Source of the DNA: Octopus sinensis
Lineage: Eukaryota
Direction: 5' to 3'
DNA length: 64,000 nt
Assembly (NCBI RefSeq): GCF_006345805.1
Contig: NC_043009.1
Span: 14,136,001-14,200,000 of the forward strand
The translations under genes and the position numbers were made by a program. Shown here one piece after another: positions 11,840 through 26,179 of this stretch. Under the pieces are notes generated by a model that was given only the letters and a program-made list of their open reading frames with translations, did not search any database and was not told the DNA's origin. Positions within the stretch are counted from its first letter, which is position 1; the number at the start of each line of letters is the position of its first letter.

Positions 11840-12990
11840 AATACAGCATAAACTTTCCCGGGGTATAATAGACTCGAGTATGCCATATCAGAGCCAACAG
11901 TCCAGTTGTGAACTCTGCTTAAATGAAGCCCTCAAAAGTTTAACCCACACAATTGCTTGATAGATGCAACGAGGTTTTCGCTACGTGTAAGTACAAATTC
12001 TTCTGCACTTTTAAATACTTTCATAAATCTAAATATAAGCTCACCCCCACGAATAGCACCCACATACAAACCCCTATGATCATTAACTCATACCCATGTA
12101 TTTATTTTCTCTTATTTCCACCTTATATCTTACATCTCTCCTATCTACCTAACCTCATCACTTTATGAGATAAATATTAATCCTATTATTTATCCAATAA
12201 ATCCCCTAATATAAATCCCCTAATAACCTACTCTAACTGCCACTCATAAATAATTTAACATTCAACTAGTTCCTCTATTCTCGACCACCTATATACCCAT
12301 AACTCCATTGCAAAAAACAATTCTACCGCCACTGATCTTAGCCAGAGCGGACACAAGTAGTTACTACTAGATTTCCTCCCCAATCCCTGAAAACTTTAAG
12401 ACTACCAAATACACCTACCACAGTCTCTAAATTCCTTTTATTTTACTCTATTTTTTAATTCTATCTTCCTCTACCTCTCTTCATCCTCTCTTTTATCTTC
12501 TCGGCTACCCCGTACACAATTCTTAGATACCATACACCTATACACCTTACTTTATTATATAGCCAATCCTTAAAGCACCTTCCTCACTATACCTACCTCT
12601 CTATCTACCTCTCTTTCTATTTATTTCCTTTCTTTAATTTTACTACTTATTAGCCACCAACGCTACCATTCTGTTATTGGACATTAATATATTCGCCTCT
12701 TTTTTTTTATCAGAATTTTAACCGACCTGGGTCTACTCAGAATTGCACCCAAGGAATTATACTGTTGTTTCTATAACGTCGGTAAGTCGAACTATGAACT
12801 TTCATGCTTCTTTTTTCCTTCTTTCTTTCCATCTCCTTATTCGTTTGCTCCCTTCCTCTATGTCATCATCTCATTAATATATACCATTCTCATTTTCCCT
12901 ATTTGTCTCTGATGACGGACTATCCCACTCTCAGGGATATCCCAGAAACAGCGGTAAGACTTTGAATTTTTTCCAATAATAATATTGTAT
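11840..12990 (+). mobile_element. Penelope-like element 3' fragment (GIY-YIG C-terminus, 3' region, hammerhead)
   Basis: Frameshifted PYQSQQSSCELCLNEAL...LLDRCNEVFATCKYKF resembles the PLE CxLCLxE...LNKRxE...CxH terminus; hammerhead-like motif at 12905-12960. Confidence 0.65.
12905..12960 (+). ncRNA. Minimal type I hammerhead-like motif, slightly degenerate
   Basis: GUCU-CUGAUGA-[c gga c uauccc/gggaua ucc ca]-GAAAC-agcg-GUA^AGAC; the base of stem II is mismatched. Confidence 0.6.
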
Positions 12991-13177
12991 ACGATGTTTG
13001 CCCTGCCTTAATATTTGCTGTCCTCTTTAACTATTAAATATCCGATGCATCGGAAATCGGCAACGGCTCCATAACTACCGTTTCGGCTATAACCTTGGAG
13101 CCCTAGTAATCCATTGCAGCACTTACCTGACGTACCTAATCGTTTAGATCACCTGTGAACTAAGCCCCCATACTTTG

Positions 13178-13208
<31 letters not shown>

Positions 13209-13210
13209 TT

Positions 13211-13246
<36 letters not shown>

Positions 13247-13329
13247 AAAACATACATATATATATAAAACATACATATATACTAACATGCATACACGCAA
13301 ATAAATATGCAACCATACATACGTGCATT

Positions 13330-14336
13330 GGAATTAATAACATTTTCAGCTGATATAGGCATAGAATTTGGCCAAAAGAAATGTTCATATTTGGTTATAG
13401 AACGAGGAAAGTCAGGCCCCACAAACCTAAAACCTGTGCATCAACGGTCACTCTATCTCACCCATTGAACACAAAGAATGTTACAAGTGTATTGGCATAG
13501 TTGAAAATGTATCATATGAAGGCACTGTGAATAAAGATAGAGTGACTCAAGAATACTACACCAGACTTAGGAAAATATGGCTGTCGGAATGCATTTGTAA
13601 ACCCAGTGCTGATCCCAACATTAGCGATGCTTGATTGGTCTGTAGAGGAGATCCACTCCATAGATATCAAATCCGGCAAAAACCTGACAACAATTGGGGA
13701 CTTCCACAGAATCAGTGATGTTAAGAAGAAATGAAGGTGGCAGAGGCCTGAAGGTGGCAGAGGCTTCCAATGCCCCATGGTATCATTCAGGCAGTATTTT
13801 GATCAATAACAGCAGCAAAAATATATTAATGCAGTGCTGAAAAGTGAAGTGAGCGACATTGTACGAGTGGGCAGTGATCCCTTCAAGAAACCCTCTTTTC
13901 CTGATGATCTCCTATACAGCCCCAAAACAACTGGGCTATTTTACCTCAGAGAAGAACTAGATGGAAAGGACTCAGCATACAAAAACACACACACACTCAC
14001 AAAAGACCATGGGTATGCTGCCCAGAAGCTTGAAGAAGACAGTAGAATTGACGCGAAGCGCAGCCTCTCTTGGACAAAGAAAAAGAGGATATCTATGGAC
14101 AACTGCTTCGTAGCCTCTATCTTATAAGTCCAGAATATGAATTCATATTCATACCAATAATAATTGGAGCACTAGGTTTTGATAGTGTATGCTTAAATGA
14201 GAATCTGGATAAACTGGGATTTTCAGAAAAGGAAATGGACCGGCTTGTTCGTACATTACGAGTGCAATCTGTGAGTGGAACAATAAAAATATGGAAGACT
14301 TTTCTCAAGTTCCAAATGCGAATTTGGCTCTGTTAA
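13330..14336 (+). pseudogene. R4/Dong-like (RLE-type) non-LTR retrotransposon remnant
   Basis: Fragments FGPKKCSYLVIERG, RVTQEYYTRLRKIW and terminal PIIIGALG...LDKLGF...SVSGTIKIWKTFLK, with many frameshifts and deletions. Confidence 0.65.
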
Positions 14337-14989
14337 CTACATCCCAAAGATGGAGACTTGTATCTTTGTTGGAAACCGAAGATTTAAAATAATTAAAAAA
14401 ATAGAAGAAACATACATACATACATACAAACATACATACATACATACATACATACATACATACATACATGCTATATTTATGCAGATAAATATAGCATGTT
14501 TGTTTCTTGTTATCGACAAACAAAAATAAATCCATATTTTCGTAAACTATTACAAATAAGTGTGCACACATACACATGCATACGTATATTTAGATGTATT
14601 TATAGTGGCATTTAAATAAATATCATTTTTCACAGGTTGCATACTTGTAGCTACACACTTTCACACTATTTTAGACATATATAAATACCTTCCTACACAC
14701 ACACACACACACACACACATTAAAATACACAAACTGTTTGTGCAAATGCAGAAATGAATATTTTCAGTCATATATTACCAAGACACATTTCGAATACATT
14801 TATATAAACACACATACATACAGGCGTTTTTTACACTATTACGCACATAAATACACACACACACATACATACACACACACACACAAGTGCATATGTGTTA
14901 CATACAGTTATATTTGGGTCAACACCCGTACAAGTACATATTTCCTCATTCAGAGGAAATATGTACCCCGCGTACATATATGTACACAT

Positions 14990-15261
14990 GTGTCTACAAG
15001 AAAATGTATACATACATGCACGCATACATACATGCATACATACATACATACACACATACATACACACATACATACACACATACACACATACATACACACA
15101 TACATACACACATACATACATACATACATACATACATACACACATACATACACACATACATACATACATACAATGTTCATACGTGTTACACACATTTACA
15201 TTTGGATCAATTTACAAATAAATATTTTCTTCATTTAGAATTGATCTTGTATCCATGCATG

Positions 15262-15295
<34 letters not shown>

Positions 15296-15340
15296 GTGTG
15301 TGTGTGTGTGTGTGTGAGTGTGTGTGTGTGTGTGTGTGTA
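14990..15340. repeat. (CATA/CA)n then (TG)n microsatellites
   Basis: Seen directly. Confidence 0.9.
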
Positions 15341-15515
15341 CAAGAGCTTTTGTAATTGATTACCTGTTCGTATGTGTGTAATGGTGAAAACTGGATGTGA
15401 TATTGTTTAGGAGGACACTAAACAAATAATGCGACGCGAGAAAAGGAGAACTCTACATTAACGTACATATAGTGAAAGTATGTCTGTGTTTAGATATATA
15501 TATGTATATGTGGAT

Positions 15516-15890
15516 TCGCAATGGCCCAGTGGTTAGGGCAGCGGACTCGCGGTCATAGGATCGCTGTTTCGATTCCCAGACCGGGCGTTGTGAGTGTTTA
15601 TTGAGTGAAAACACCTAAAAGCTCCACGAGGCTCCGGCAGGGGATGGTGGTGATCCCTGCTGTACTCTTTCACCACAACTTTCTCTCACTCTTACTTCCT
15701 GTTTCTGTTGTAACTGTATCTCAAGGGGCCGGCCTTGTCACTCTCTGTGTCACGCTGAATATCCCCGAGAACTACGTTAAGGGTACACGTGTCTGTGGAG
15801 TGCTCAGCCACTTACACGTTAATTTCACGAGCAGGCTGTTCCGTTGATCGGATCAACCGGAAGCTTCGTCGTCGGAACCGACGGAGTGCT
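15516..15890 (+). mobile_element. tRNA(Arg)-like-headed SINE (possibly OR-type octopus SINE)
   Basis: ggcccagtggttagggcagcggactcgcgg...gtttcgattccc head (TCG anticodon-like loop) followed by a long non-tRNA body. Confidence 0.65.
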
Positions 15891-16447
15891 TCCATCCAAG
15901 AGTATCCAATGTTTTTTTATTTTTATCTCACTGTGAAATTAGACCCAGCATAGCATTTTAAGCAGCTTGGCAAGAGTTTGGAAACTATCGGCTTCATTTT
16001 TGCTAATGAATTCATCGAGATCCACTCACTTCTTCCGAACAAATTGCCAATGCTAATTGCTACAGCGGGTAACTTAACGTATACAGAGACCTAACAGTTT
16101 GGATTTGTAAGGATATTGCCATACACACTCATGTAACGTGATTTCAGCGAACGTTTTCATGGATTTTTTGATATGGTATTCGTTGGTCGGATGTCTGTTG
16201 CTGATGAAGTGCAAATTACACTGAAAACCCATCCGTCAGAGTGGAGGAAATTTGTTTAACGATATAATTACGCCTTTTTTTAAAAATCACTTAACACCTT
16301 TATGAAATGATTTCTCAGGACAATTGCTGCTGGCCTAGGTGTTTAAAACAACAATCTGCTCGTCTACGTTAAGCTGGATGTGCCCATTAATATTCTCTAC
16401 AAAGGCGGTTTCCATCGCTAATACCACACACACACGCACACACCTAC

Positions 16448-16951
16448 TCTTACTCTTACTTGTTTCAGTCATTTGACTGTGGTTATTCTGGGGCACCGCT
16501 TTTAGTCGAAGAAATCGACCCCAGTACTTATTCTTTGTAAGCCTAGTACTTATTCTATCGGTCTCTTTTGCCGAACCGCTAAGTTACGGGGACGTACACA
16601 CACCAGCATCGGTTGTCAAGCGATGTTGGGCGACAAACACAGACACACAAGCATACACGCACACACAAGCATACACGCACACACACACACATACATATAT
16701 ATATACATTTCTTTACTACCCACAAGGAGCTAAACATAGAGGGGACAAAGAAGGACAGACAAAGGGATTAAGTCGATTACATCGACCCAGTGCGAAACTG
16801 GTACTTTATTTATCGACACCGAGAGGATGAAAGGCAAAGTCGACTTCGGCGGAATTTGAACTCAGAACGCAACGACAGACGAAATACCGGTAAGCATTTC
16901 GCACGGCGTGCTAACGTTTCTGCCAGCTTGCCTTTTTTACACACACACACC

Positions 16952-16985
<34 letters not shown>

Positions 16986-16997
16986 ATATATAATAAT

Positions 16998-17041
<44 letters not shown>

Positions 17042-17042
17042 C

Positions 17043-17078
<36 letters not shown>

Positions 17079-17245
17079 TATACGACGGGCTTCTTTCAGT
17101 TTCCGTCTACCAAAACCCTCAAAGGCTTTGGTCGGTTCGAGGCTATAGTATAAGACACTTGCCCAAGGTGCCACGCAATGGGACTGAACCCAGAACCATG
17201 TGGATGGTAAACAACCTACTTACCACACTGCCATTCCTGCGCCTA
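16448..17245 (-). mobile_element. SINE family A with a family B SINE nested in its microsatellite core
   Basis: Right arm 16448-16650, nested B copy about 16706-16930, (CA)/(TA) tract, left arm 17080-17245. Confidence 0.8.
16706..16930 (-). mobile_element. SINE family B monomer (nested)
   Basis: atttctttactacccacaagg...gtgctaacgtttctgccagct. Confidence 0.8.
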
Positions 17246-17761
17246 AAAAATTTATGTTAAAATTTCTTAAAATAGTATTGAAAAAAAAAAAAATAAACAA
17301 AGAAATCTATGAAATGCAATGTGGCAAAAATTTTCAAGTAAAATGAAACAGAAATTTAGCGAAAACACATCAGGTATATAACACTTCCGACAAATGTTTC
17401 CGTTTATGAAAAAAAGAAAAAAAAATGTTTGATTCATTGCGTATTTGTTCAGCAGACTCTAGAACACGCAGTTTGCAGCAAATATTTCGCCCATAAATTT
17501 AGTAATAACGGAAAATTACAAAAGTCAACTCATTAATATGTAAATGAACTGTATGAAGTTATGTCAGTAACACATTGATCAAACTTGATATGGTGGTTAA
17601 TTGTGTTTAGCTGTCTGCTGCTTTTGGGTAAACAATTATTTTCTATGTAATCAAGTAGGCAAAGAATGTAAACTATATTCAAATCTCAAATATGCAAATT
17701 AGTCACAAGTTTTCAAAATTTCAACTTGCTTACTTTCCTCAACAAATCAGCAATACATTTT

Positions 17762-17975
17762 AAAACGTTAGCACGCCGGGCGAGATGCGTAGCCGTATTT
17801 CGTCTGGTGTTACGTTCCGAGTTCAAATTCCGCCGAGGTCGACTTTGCCTTTCATCCTTTCGGGGTCGATAAATTAAGTACCAGTTAGGCACTGGGGTCG
17901 ATATAATCGACTTTATCCGTTTGCCTGTCCTTGTTTGTCCCCTCTGTGTTTAACCCTTGTGGGTAGTAAAGAAAT
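17762..17975 (+). mobile_element. SINE family B
   Basis: aacgttagcacgccgggcg...gagttcaaattccgccgaggtcgac...gtgggtagtaaagaaata. Confidence 0.85.
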
Positions 17976-18335
17976 ATATATTTTAATATTTGACGCCATT
18001 GTTAGTGTGTGAGTAGTTACTCTTCGTCTCAGTTCTACAACAATCTTTTCGCAAACATTTCTTTGTTTTTCTGTTGTTGCATAGAAAATTTCCCTGTACC
18101 AACCCAAAGTTGATATTTTGTAGATTCAGTAGGAACCTTTTAACTTTTTTTCTTTTATCCCTTGATCGCAGCTATGCTGGGGCGTCGGCTCGAACTTGTT
18201 TTGTTGAACAAATCAACTACTGGACTCTGTTTTAAAATCTAATACTTGTTCTATTGGCTTCTTTTGCTGAACCGCAAAGTTATTACAGGGACATAAATAA
18301 ACCCTCACCGGTTGCTAAGCAGAAGTGTGGGAAAG

Positions 18336-18550
18336 GCGGCGAGCTGGCAGAATTGTTAGCACGCCGGGCGAAATGCTTAGCGGTATTTCTGAGTTCAAAT
18401 TCCGCCGAGGTCAACTTTGCCTTTCATCTTTTCGGGGTCGATAAATTAAGTACCAGTTACGCACTGGGGTCGATCTAATCGACTTAATCTCTTTGTCTGT
18501 ACTTGTTTGTCTCCTCTGTGTTTAGCCCCTTGTGGGTCGTAAAGAAATAA
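18336..18550 (+). mobile_element. SINE family B with internal deletion
   Basis: ggcggcgagctggcagaattgttagcacgccgggcg...gtcgtaaagaaata. Confidence 0.8.
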
Positions 18551-19063
18551 GAAGTGGGGGAACAAGAATAAACTCTCTCTCCCTCTCTCTCTCTCTCTCT
18601 TTTTGTCTCTGTCTGTCTCTCTCATGCATGCATACGTTCTTCTTCTTCACACAGCCATACCTGCACCTATCTTAAGCACACAGGCAATCCAGCACATGAT
18701 CAACAATTTATCTGCAAAGGTTTTATACGCAAAATATGTCGGTTATTTCAATGATACCATTTTTGAAAACTGCCCAGTTGACATTGTGGACAGCAGTCAT
18801 GGCTATAACATGTGTATAGCATACAGAGCCATTGAGTATAATAATCTAGAATATTCTGTGCAATACATTCTTGTATGTTTTTGTTTGAAGCGAGTATGAT
18901 TTTGATTTCCTCAAAATCTGTGAATTTCGTCACGTGTAAAAACACGTGTGTATGTCCTAGCTTGTTTTGAACGGATATGCTTTGATGCTGTGCTGTACTT
19001 ACTCAAAGAAGTAATCATATCTATTTGTGTTAGCATCGATTCTAATATTCTAAGGACGTTAGG

Positions 19064-19260
19064 GAGACGAGCCAGCAGAACCGTTAGCACCCAGGACAAA
19101 ATACTTAGCGGCATTTCTGAGTTCGAATTCTGCCGGGGTCAACGTTACCTTTCATCATTTCGGGGGCAATAAAATATGTACCAGACGAGTGCTGGGGTCA
19201 ATGTAATCGATATATCCCCTCAACCGAAATTGCTGAACCTGTGCCAAAATTTGAAATCGA
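19064..19260 (+). mobile_element. Diverged SINE family B relative
   Basis: gacgagccagcagaaccgttagcacc...gagttcgaattctgccggggtcaac. Confidence 0.6.
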
Positions 19261-19679
19261 TATTCTAAGAACCTTTGAAAATCCAATCCAATTCATGAAT
19301 TTTAACATTCCCCAAAATGCTAAGATATCTGAGGCAAATTTGTAATTAGAGGCATTGAAATATCCTAATTTCTTATTTTATGGATCCAGATTTTGAGGTT
19401 ACTCTGTACACATTAATATATATTGTGTATTTTTATGAAAATGATCCCAAATCAGAGTATGTTCTCTGATAAAATCAACAATTCCAGAAATGACATTTGT
19501 ATAATTTTACTGTTCTAAATTAATGTCAGGCTGATGTCATCGATATTAATCTGATTCGAATGATATGGATGCAACATGAGTTACTACTCCATGTTTTTTT
19601 TTGTTTTTGCTAGGAGAAACACCAGGCTGGTGATGAGAGAAGCATTGAGAGTTCGGTGCGTGGGTGCTCATTTCATGAT

Positions 19680-19829
19680 TAGTATGGTGGTGGTGATGGT
19701 GGTGAGGATCACCGGGATGATAATAGTGATAAGGGTGATGCTGGTTATGATGATAATAGTGATGATGATGACAATAACGAAGACGACGATAATGATGATG
19801 ATAATGACGACGTCGATGACGACGACGAC

Positions 19830-19860
<31 letters not shown>

Positions 19861-19937
19861 CTTCTGCTGAGGAAAAGGATGATGTTGCTGTTATCGTTGC
19901 TATTGATGCTGTGATTTTGCTGTTGCTGATGATGATT

Positions 19938-19987
<50 letters not shown>

Positions 19988-19990
19988 GAT
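19680..19990. repeat. (GAT)n-rich trinucleotide repeat region
   Basis: Seen directly; source of the poly-M/H/S ORFs. Confidence 0.9.
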
Positions 19991-20100
19991 AAAGACGAGC
20001 ATTGTAGTAGAGATGCATGCAAGCTGCACTCTATCTGCCAGTTGGAAATACACTTTGCAATCTACGAAGTCGATTGAAACTGTATATTTATGTAATATAG

Positions 20101-20309
20101 TCGCGGGGTTGACTGTGTGGTTAGTAGCTTCCTTACCAACCACATGGATCCAGGTTCAGTACCAATGCGTGGCACCTCGAGCAAGTTTCTTCTACTATAG
20201 CCTCGGGCCGATCAAAGCTTTTTGAATGGATTTGGTAGACGGAAACTGGAAGAAGCCTGTCGAATATGTATATATATATATCTATATATCTATATATCTA
20301 TATATAAAC

Positions 20310-20344
<35 letters not shown>

Positions 20345-20560
20345 TTTGTATGTGTGTGTATGTGTTTGTGTTTGTGTGTTTGTCCACCAACATCGCTTGA
20401 CAACCGATGCTGGTGTGTTGACGCTGAGGAGATATTTACGGTTCGGCAAATAGGTCCGATAGAATAAGTACAAGGCTTACAAAGAATAAGTCCCGGGGTC
20501 GATTTGCTCGACTATGGGCGGTGCTCCAGCATGGCCACAGTCAAATGACGGAAACTAGTA
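20101..20560 (+). mobile_element. SINE family A
   Basis: Both arms around a (TA)n(TG)n core. Confidence 0.85.
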
Positions 20561-20966
20561 AGACTGTAAGTTCTAACCTTACAGTAGTCTGGAACAACTG
20601 ACTCTTAGTCAGTCAGTTGATGGGCTCCACTACCTCAAATGTTCTTAAAATTTAAATCCACATCTTTGTCTATATATCTACCTTCTCTATAATGTTGCCA
20701 CTTGATATGAATATTTTTGTATTAATGGAAAACCTCTATAATTGGCTGATGAGTGGTCAGCATTTTAAAACTGTTGTATTACTTACAACATTTACTAAAA
20801 TTTACCAAATTACTGGAGTCATTCTTGTTGCTTATTTTGATTATATCACCCCATGGATTTTTATGGATAACACCATATAGAATTCTGGTGCATCTAAATT
20901 AGTACCATATTCATCTGAATCTAAATGTTTGCTGATCTTATATATATATATATCTATCTATCTATC

Positions 20967-21005
<39 letters not shown>

Positions 21006-21026
21006 AATATATATATATATATACTG

Positions 21027-21290
21027 TTATTATTTTACTTGTTTCAGTCATTTAGTGCAGCCATGCTGGAGCATCGACTTTAAGGGTTTTTTAGTCGAAG
21101 AAATCGACCCGCATGAGTTATTGTTTGTCGTGGGGGCGGGGGTCAAGTACTTATTCTATGGTGCTCTTTTGCTGAACCGCTAGGACGTAAACACCACCAA
21201 ATCGGTTGTCAAGTGAAGATGGCACAAACCCGACACAATGACATACACACATACATACATATATATAGTGTATATATGTATATATATATG

Positions 21291-21380
<90 letters not shown>

Positions 21381-21604
21381 ATCTATCTATATATATATGT
21401 GTGTGTATGTATATATATATATATATTATATATATACAATGTGTATGTGTGTGTATATATATATATATATATATGATGGGTTTCTTGCAGACTCCATCAT
21501 CCAAATCCACTCATAGTAGGAGACACTTGCCCAAGGTGCCACGCAGAGGAGCTGAACCTGGAACCATGAGCTTGGGAAGCAAGCTTCTTACCACACAGGC
21601 ACGC
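21027..21604 (-). mobile_element. SINE family A, diverged, expanded core
   Basis: Right arm 21027-21235, (TA)/(ATCT) core, left arm 21475-21604. Confidence 0.7.
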
Positions 21605-22179
21605 CATACATTATATAATGTACGTGTATATATATCAACGCATTCATAGTATGCGCATATGTATGTCTGTTACTGCGTTTTCGTGACGTGTTGTATGTAT
21701 GTAGAACAGATATAGAAAAAAGATCGATTTAAGTATGACAAGATATGGTTAGACTTCTGACATGCAACATTTTACAAGAACTGGCATCTCATTTCCATAT
21801 ATTCTTCACACCAGTTATTTGTTCACACACACGTGTGCACGGATGTGTGTGTTTGTGTGTGTATGTGTGTGTGTATTCATTCGTATGCTTGAGTATTAGT
21901 GTGTATATGCGCGTATGTCAGCTTCTCATCATTGTCTATTTTTCTACCGCTTTCTGAATCAGCCTATGTATTCTGCCTGTCCATCTGTTCATGTCGATAT
22001 AAATGTACGCTTGTGAAATCACAATAAGAGCGTTTTCATTACATCTTATCGTCTTCTTTTTATGTCAGCCTTTCATACATTGCTTGCCAACAACCATACG
22101 TTTACACGCACAGGCGTTTCGACATGAGTGCTGTATGTGTGTATATATATATATATGTAAGTATGACTGCATGTGTGTA

Positions 22180-22645
<466 letters not shown>

Positions 22646-22904
22646 TTTCTATGTATGTGTGCCTAATCGCACATGTATAGACAAGTATATAAAGATGCAC
22701 ATGCACATGTGTGTGTAAGTATTATGTGCAAGTGCACTCTTGCTGCATAGTCACAGTAAACAACTGCCTTTTACCCCACTTACTACCGGCTTCAGGAGAG
22801 AAATACGAACTCTTAGTCTGATCTAACCTCGATGTATTATTTACACGTTGATTCAGCCTTCGGCGTTCGATCTACTGCTGGGTAAGTGACCTTCTTTTTA
22901 CATA

Positions 22905-22959
<55 letters not shown>

Positions 22960-23199
22960 TAGCTGTAATATGTTTGTCACATATTTCAATTGCTAAAGGA
23001 AAATACACTGCTGTTACCGTGCCACGGTATATATTGATGTAAAACTCTAACTCGCATACATATATCTGTGTGCGTGCGTGCGTGTGTGTTTCCGTGTGTT
23101 CGTGTGTGTGTGTGCGTGGATGGGTGTGTTCATGTCATTGCGCGTGCGTATTGATACACACTGGTGCACTATAGTATACACTGACACACTCACAAATAT

Positions 23200-24290
23200 G
23201 AGGGCTGAAATCTCATAGGCTGACCAAGACACCCTTATGGAATGTGACCAAATGAGATTTACTTCTCAACGTAGTCCGCTTGCGGCCCACGTACTTCTTG
23301 GATCCCGTTGGTGAAGAAGCGTGCATCTTGTCAGTCAAAGGCAACACCAGCACCAGATTTGACGTCCCTATCTCTGCGATACTGGTCCCAAGCTAAGTGT
23401 TTTTTTTAATGTTGGGGTATAGTTGATAGTCAGATGGGGTAATTAGAAGAATAGAGAGGTTGATTATCTTCTTGACTGTCGAAAGCGACAGTCAAGCACA
23501 GCAACCATTTAAAATATGCACTTGTTTGATAGAGCATTGTCTTGAGGAGTCAAAACCCCTTTCATCAGTTTTGTTAAGCGTTTGGTCATCATAGACTTTC
23601 GTAACTGCCTCAGTGAGTTAGTACAGTTTCTCCATTGATTGTGTGACCAATTGAAGATAGTCAATAAACACAATACATTTGCATTCCAAAAAACTGAGGA
23701 CTTTACCTTCCCTACAGATGAAACGCCCTTGCCCCTTGGAGCAGGTGAGGAGGGATGTTTTCACTGATGTCTCTGGCTGAAAGTGATGAACCAAACACTC
23801 ATCCTGACTTAGAAGATATTGAAGGAAATCAGCCTCAAACAGTGTTAGATACCCCCGGGATGTGATTAATCGGTATCAGGAGATGTGGGGCCCACTGAGA
23901 AGATATCATCATACCAAGTTCATTGTTCAGAGTATTCTCAACTATGTCTTGGGATATGCCAATAGCATTGGTTATTTGTTGTATAGTCAATCGCCTGTCA
24001 TCCATCATGGTGAACGCGGTCAATGTTCTCAGTGATGGCGGTACAGGACCTCTAGACCTTGGGTCAACTTCAAGACTCTTTGTTCCCCTCCTAAATTCAG
24101 CTGTCCACTTTTACAACGTTGATAAAGCTGGAGCATCTTTCCCTAATGCAGTAACCACGTCAACGTAAATGTCCTTGGTCATTAAAACCTTTCACTGCAG
24201 GTAATTGATAATACCAAGATGCAAAATTTTGTCTATTTTCAAGAGAAGTCGCTACTAGTTACTTTTGAAGTCTTGTTTGAATAATCAGAT
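23200..24290 (-). pseudogene. Decayed mariner transposase (irritans-like)
   Basis: Minus-strand fragments DAPALSTL*KWTAEFRRG, DRRLTIQQITNAIGIS, QWAPHLL and terminal (G)DYVEK*; many stops and frameshifts. Confidence 0.75.
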
Positions 24291-24504
24291 GTCAGGTTGC
24301 ATGCAGAGGAACAATGCAGTTATTAATAGTAACACTCCATGACCACAGTATTAATTTGCTTGCTCCATCTACGCCGTGTGTGGTGGTCCCTTTCTGTATA
24401 TCGACAGGCTGGAGCCGGACCAGAATCTCTGAGCCTGCCAGGTGCAACACTGTCACCACCAATGGCTTCAGTTTCCTTACCACCATTAGGTGGATTATTA
24501 TAAT

Positions 24505-24625
<121 letters not shown>

Positions 24626-24922
24626 CAAGTGGTGAGCTAGCAGAATAGTCAGCACGGTGGGGCGAAATACTTAGTGGCATTTCTCCATCTTTACGTTCTT
24701 AGTTCAAATTTATTGAGTACGATAACGTCTTGTAGTGAGTTTTGTATTTGTTCATTCGTTTGAAGTTTCATGCCATATACTTACATAGTCATCTTCAAAG
24801 ATGCGTTTAGTTCTGTGGCCATACAGTTTCTACAGAAGTTTGAAAGTATATTTTGCCACTATATGATTGATGCAATCCTGTCACGTCTCTGGTTCTCATA
24901 GACCAATTGGGGAAGCAATTTA

Positions 24923-26081
24923 TGAGGTTGAGTAAAAAGTAAGAAACGTTTTGAACCATGAAAAATTTGTACCGGGTTTTTGCAGTGCGTTGAATTTTTT
25001 AAAGTATTTTTTTGCAATTGTCTGATCATATAGGCATGAACTTGCCCAAATGCATCAATAAATTAACATTGATGTTTTTTACACCGTTTTTACAATAATC
25101 TGAAATGGAACTGTCAAAGGGCGATATTCGAGCAATTTTGCTATTCAACTTCAAAAAAGGACGTAAAGCAGCTGAAACAGTTCGCAATATAAACGAAATG
25201 TTTGGTGAGGAAATGGTGGTCAGCTCGAAAATGGTTTAAACGATTTCGTAGTGGAAGATCATGAGCGTAGTGGACGCCCGTCTGTCATCGATGACGGTCA
25301 ATTAAAACCGTCCTTGAGAAAGATCCACATAAACCACTCGAGAACTGGTAAGATAACTTCAAGTGAGCCAGAAATCTAACTGCAACCATTTGCATGCGAT
25401 CGAGAAATCAAAAAGCTCGACAAATGGGTACCACATGATAGAAAATGCGCAGATATGAAATTTGTTCGATATTTCTTCTCTGTAACCAGACTGATCAATT
25501 TCTCGACCGTATTGTAACTTACTCTTCAAAAAGAAGGTTCTGGGGGTTGTTTGGTGGTATGCTGCTGGACCTATCCACTATAACTTCTTAAAACCCGGAA
25601 AAAACTATTACTTCGAAAACATATTGCCAGAAAATTGCCACAACGAACGAAAAAATGTTATTCCTCCGTCCCAGACTGGTCAACAGAAGAGGACCAATCA
25701 TTCTTCAGGACAATGCTCGACCACGCGTTTCACTAGCGACGCTCCAGAAGTTGAGGGAACTTGACTACGAAGTTCTTCCCTACCCAGCTTATTCTCCAGA
25801 CCTTTCTCCTACCGACTATCAGTTTTTCAACCACCTTTGATGGTTTCCTGCAAGAGGAGGAGTTCAAAAGTCAAACCGATGCTGAAAGTGCGTTCTAAGA
25901 GTTCATTAACTCCAGAACTCCAGATGTTTATGTTCCCGGAATAAACAAACTTGTAACTCATTGGCATAAAATATGTTGATTGTAATGATACTTACTTTGA
26001 TCAATGACATTTCCACACTGTTGAAATATATTGTGATGAATTTCAAGTTTCAAAACGTTGCTTGCTTTTTACTCGGCCTGA
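24923..26081 (+). mobile_element. Mariner element, 1159 bp, with TIRs, TA target duplication and decayed transposase
   Basis: TA|tgaggttgagtaaaaagtaagaaacgttttgaa at the left end and ttcaaaacgttgcttgctttttactcggcctga|TA at the right. Transposase from ATG 25105 (MELSKGDIRAILL), KWVPH, LQDNARP, YSPDLSPTDY; internally deleted and frameshifted. Confidence 0.9.
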
Positions 26082-26179
26082 TACATTCAGATAGTATATG
26101 CACAACAACCTTTTCCCTTTCACCTTATAGTCTACATTTAGCCAAGCTGTTATATTCATATATTTCTTGATATATCTTG

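Noticed and set aside
15516-15595. Possible tRNA-Arg(TCG) gene
   Set aside because: The cloverleaf is imperfect and runs into a long repeat body; treated as a SINE head.
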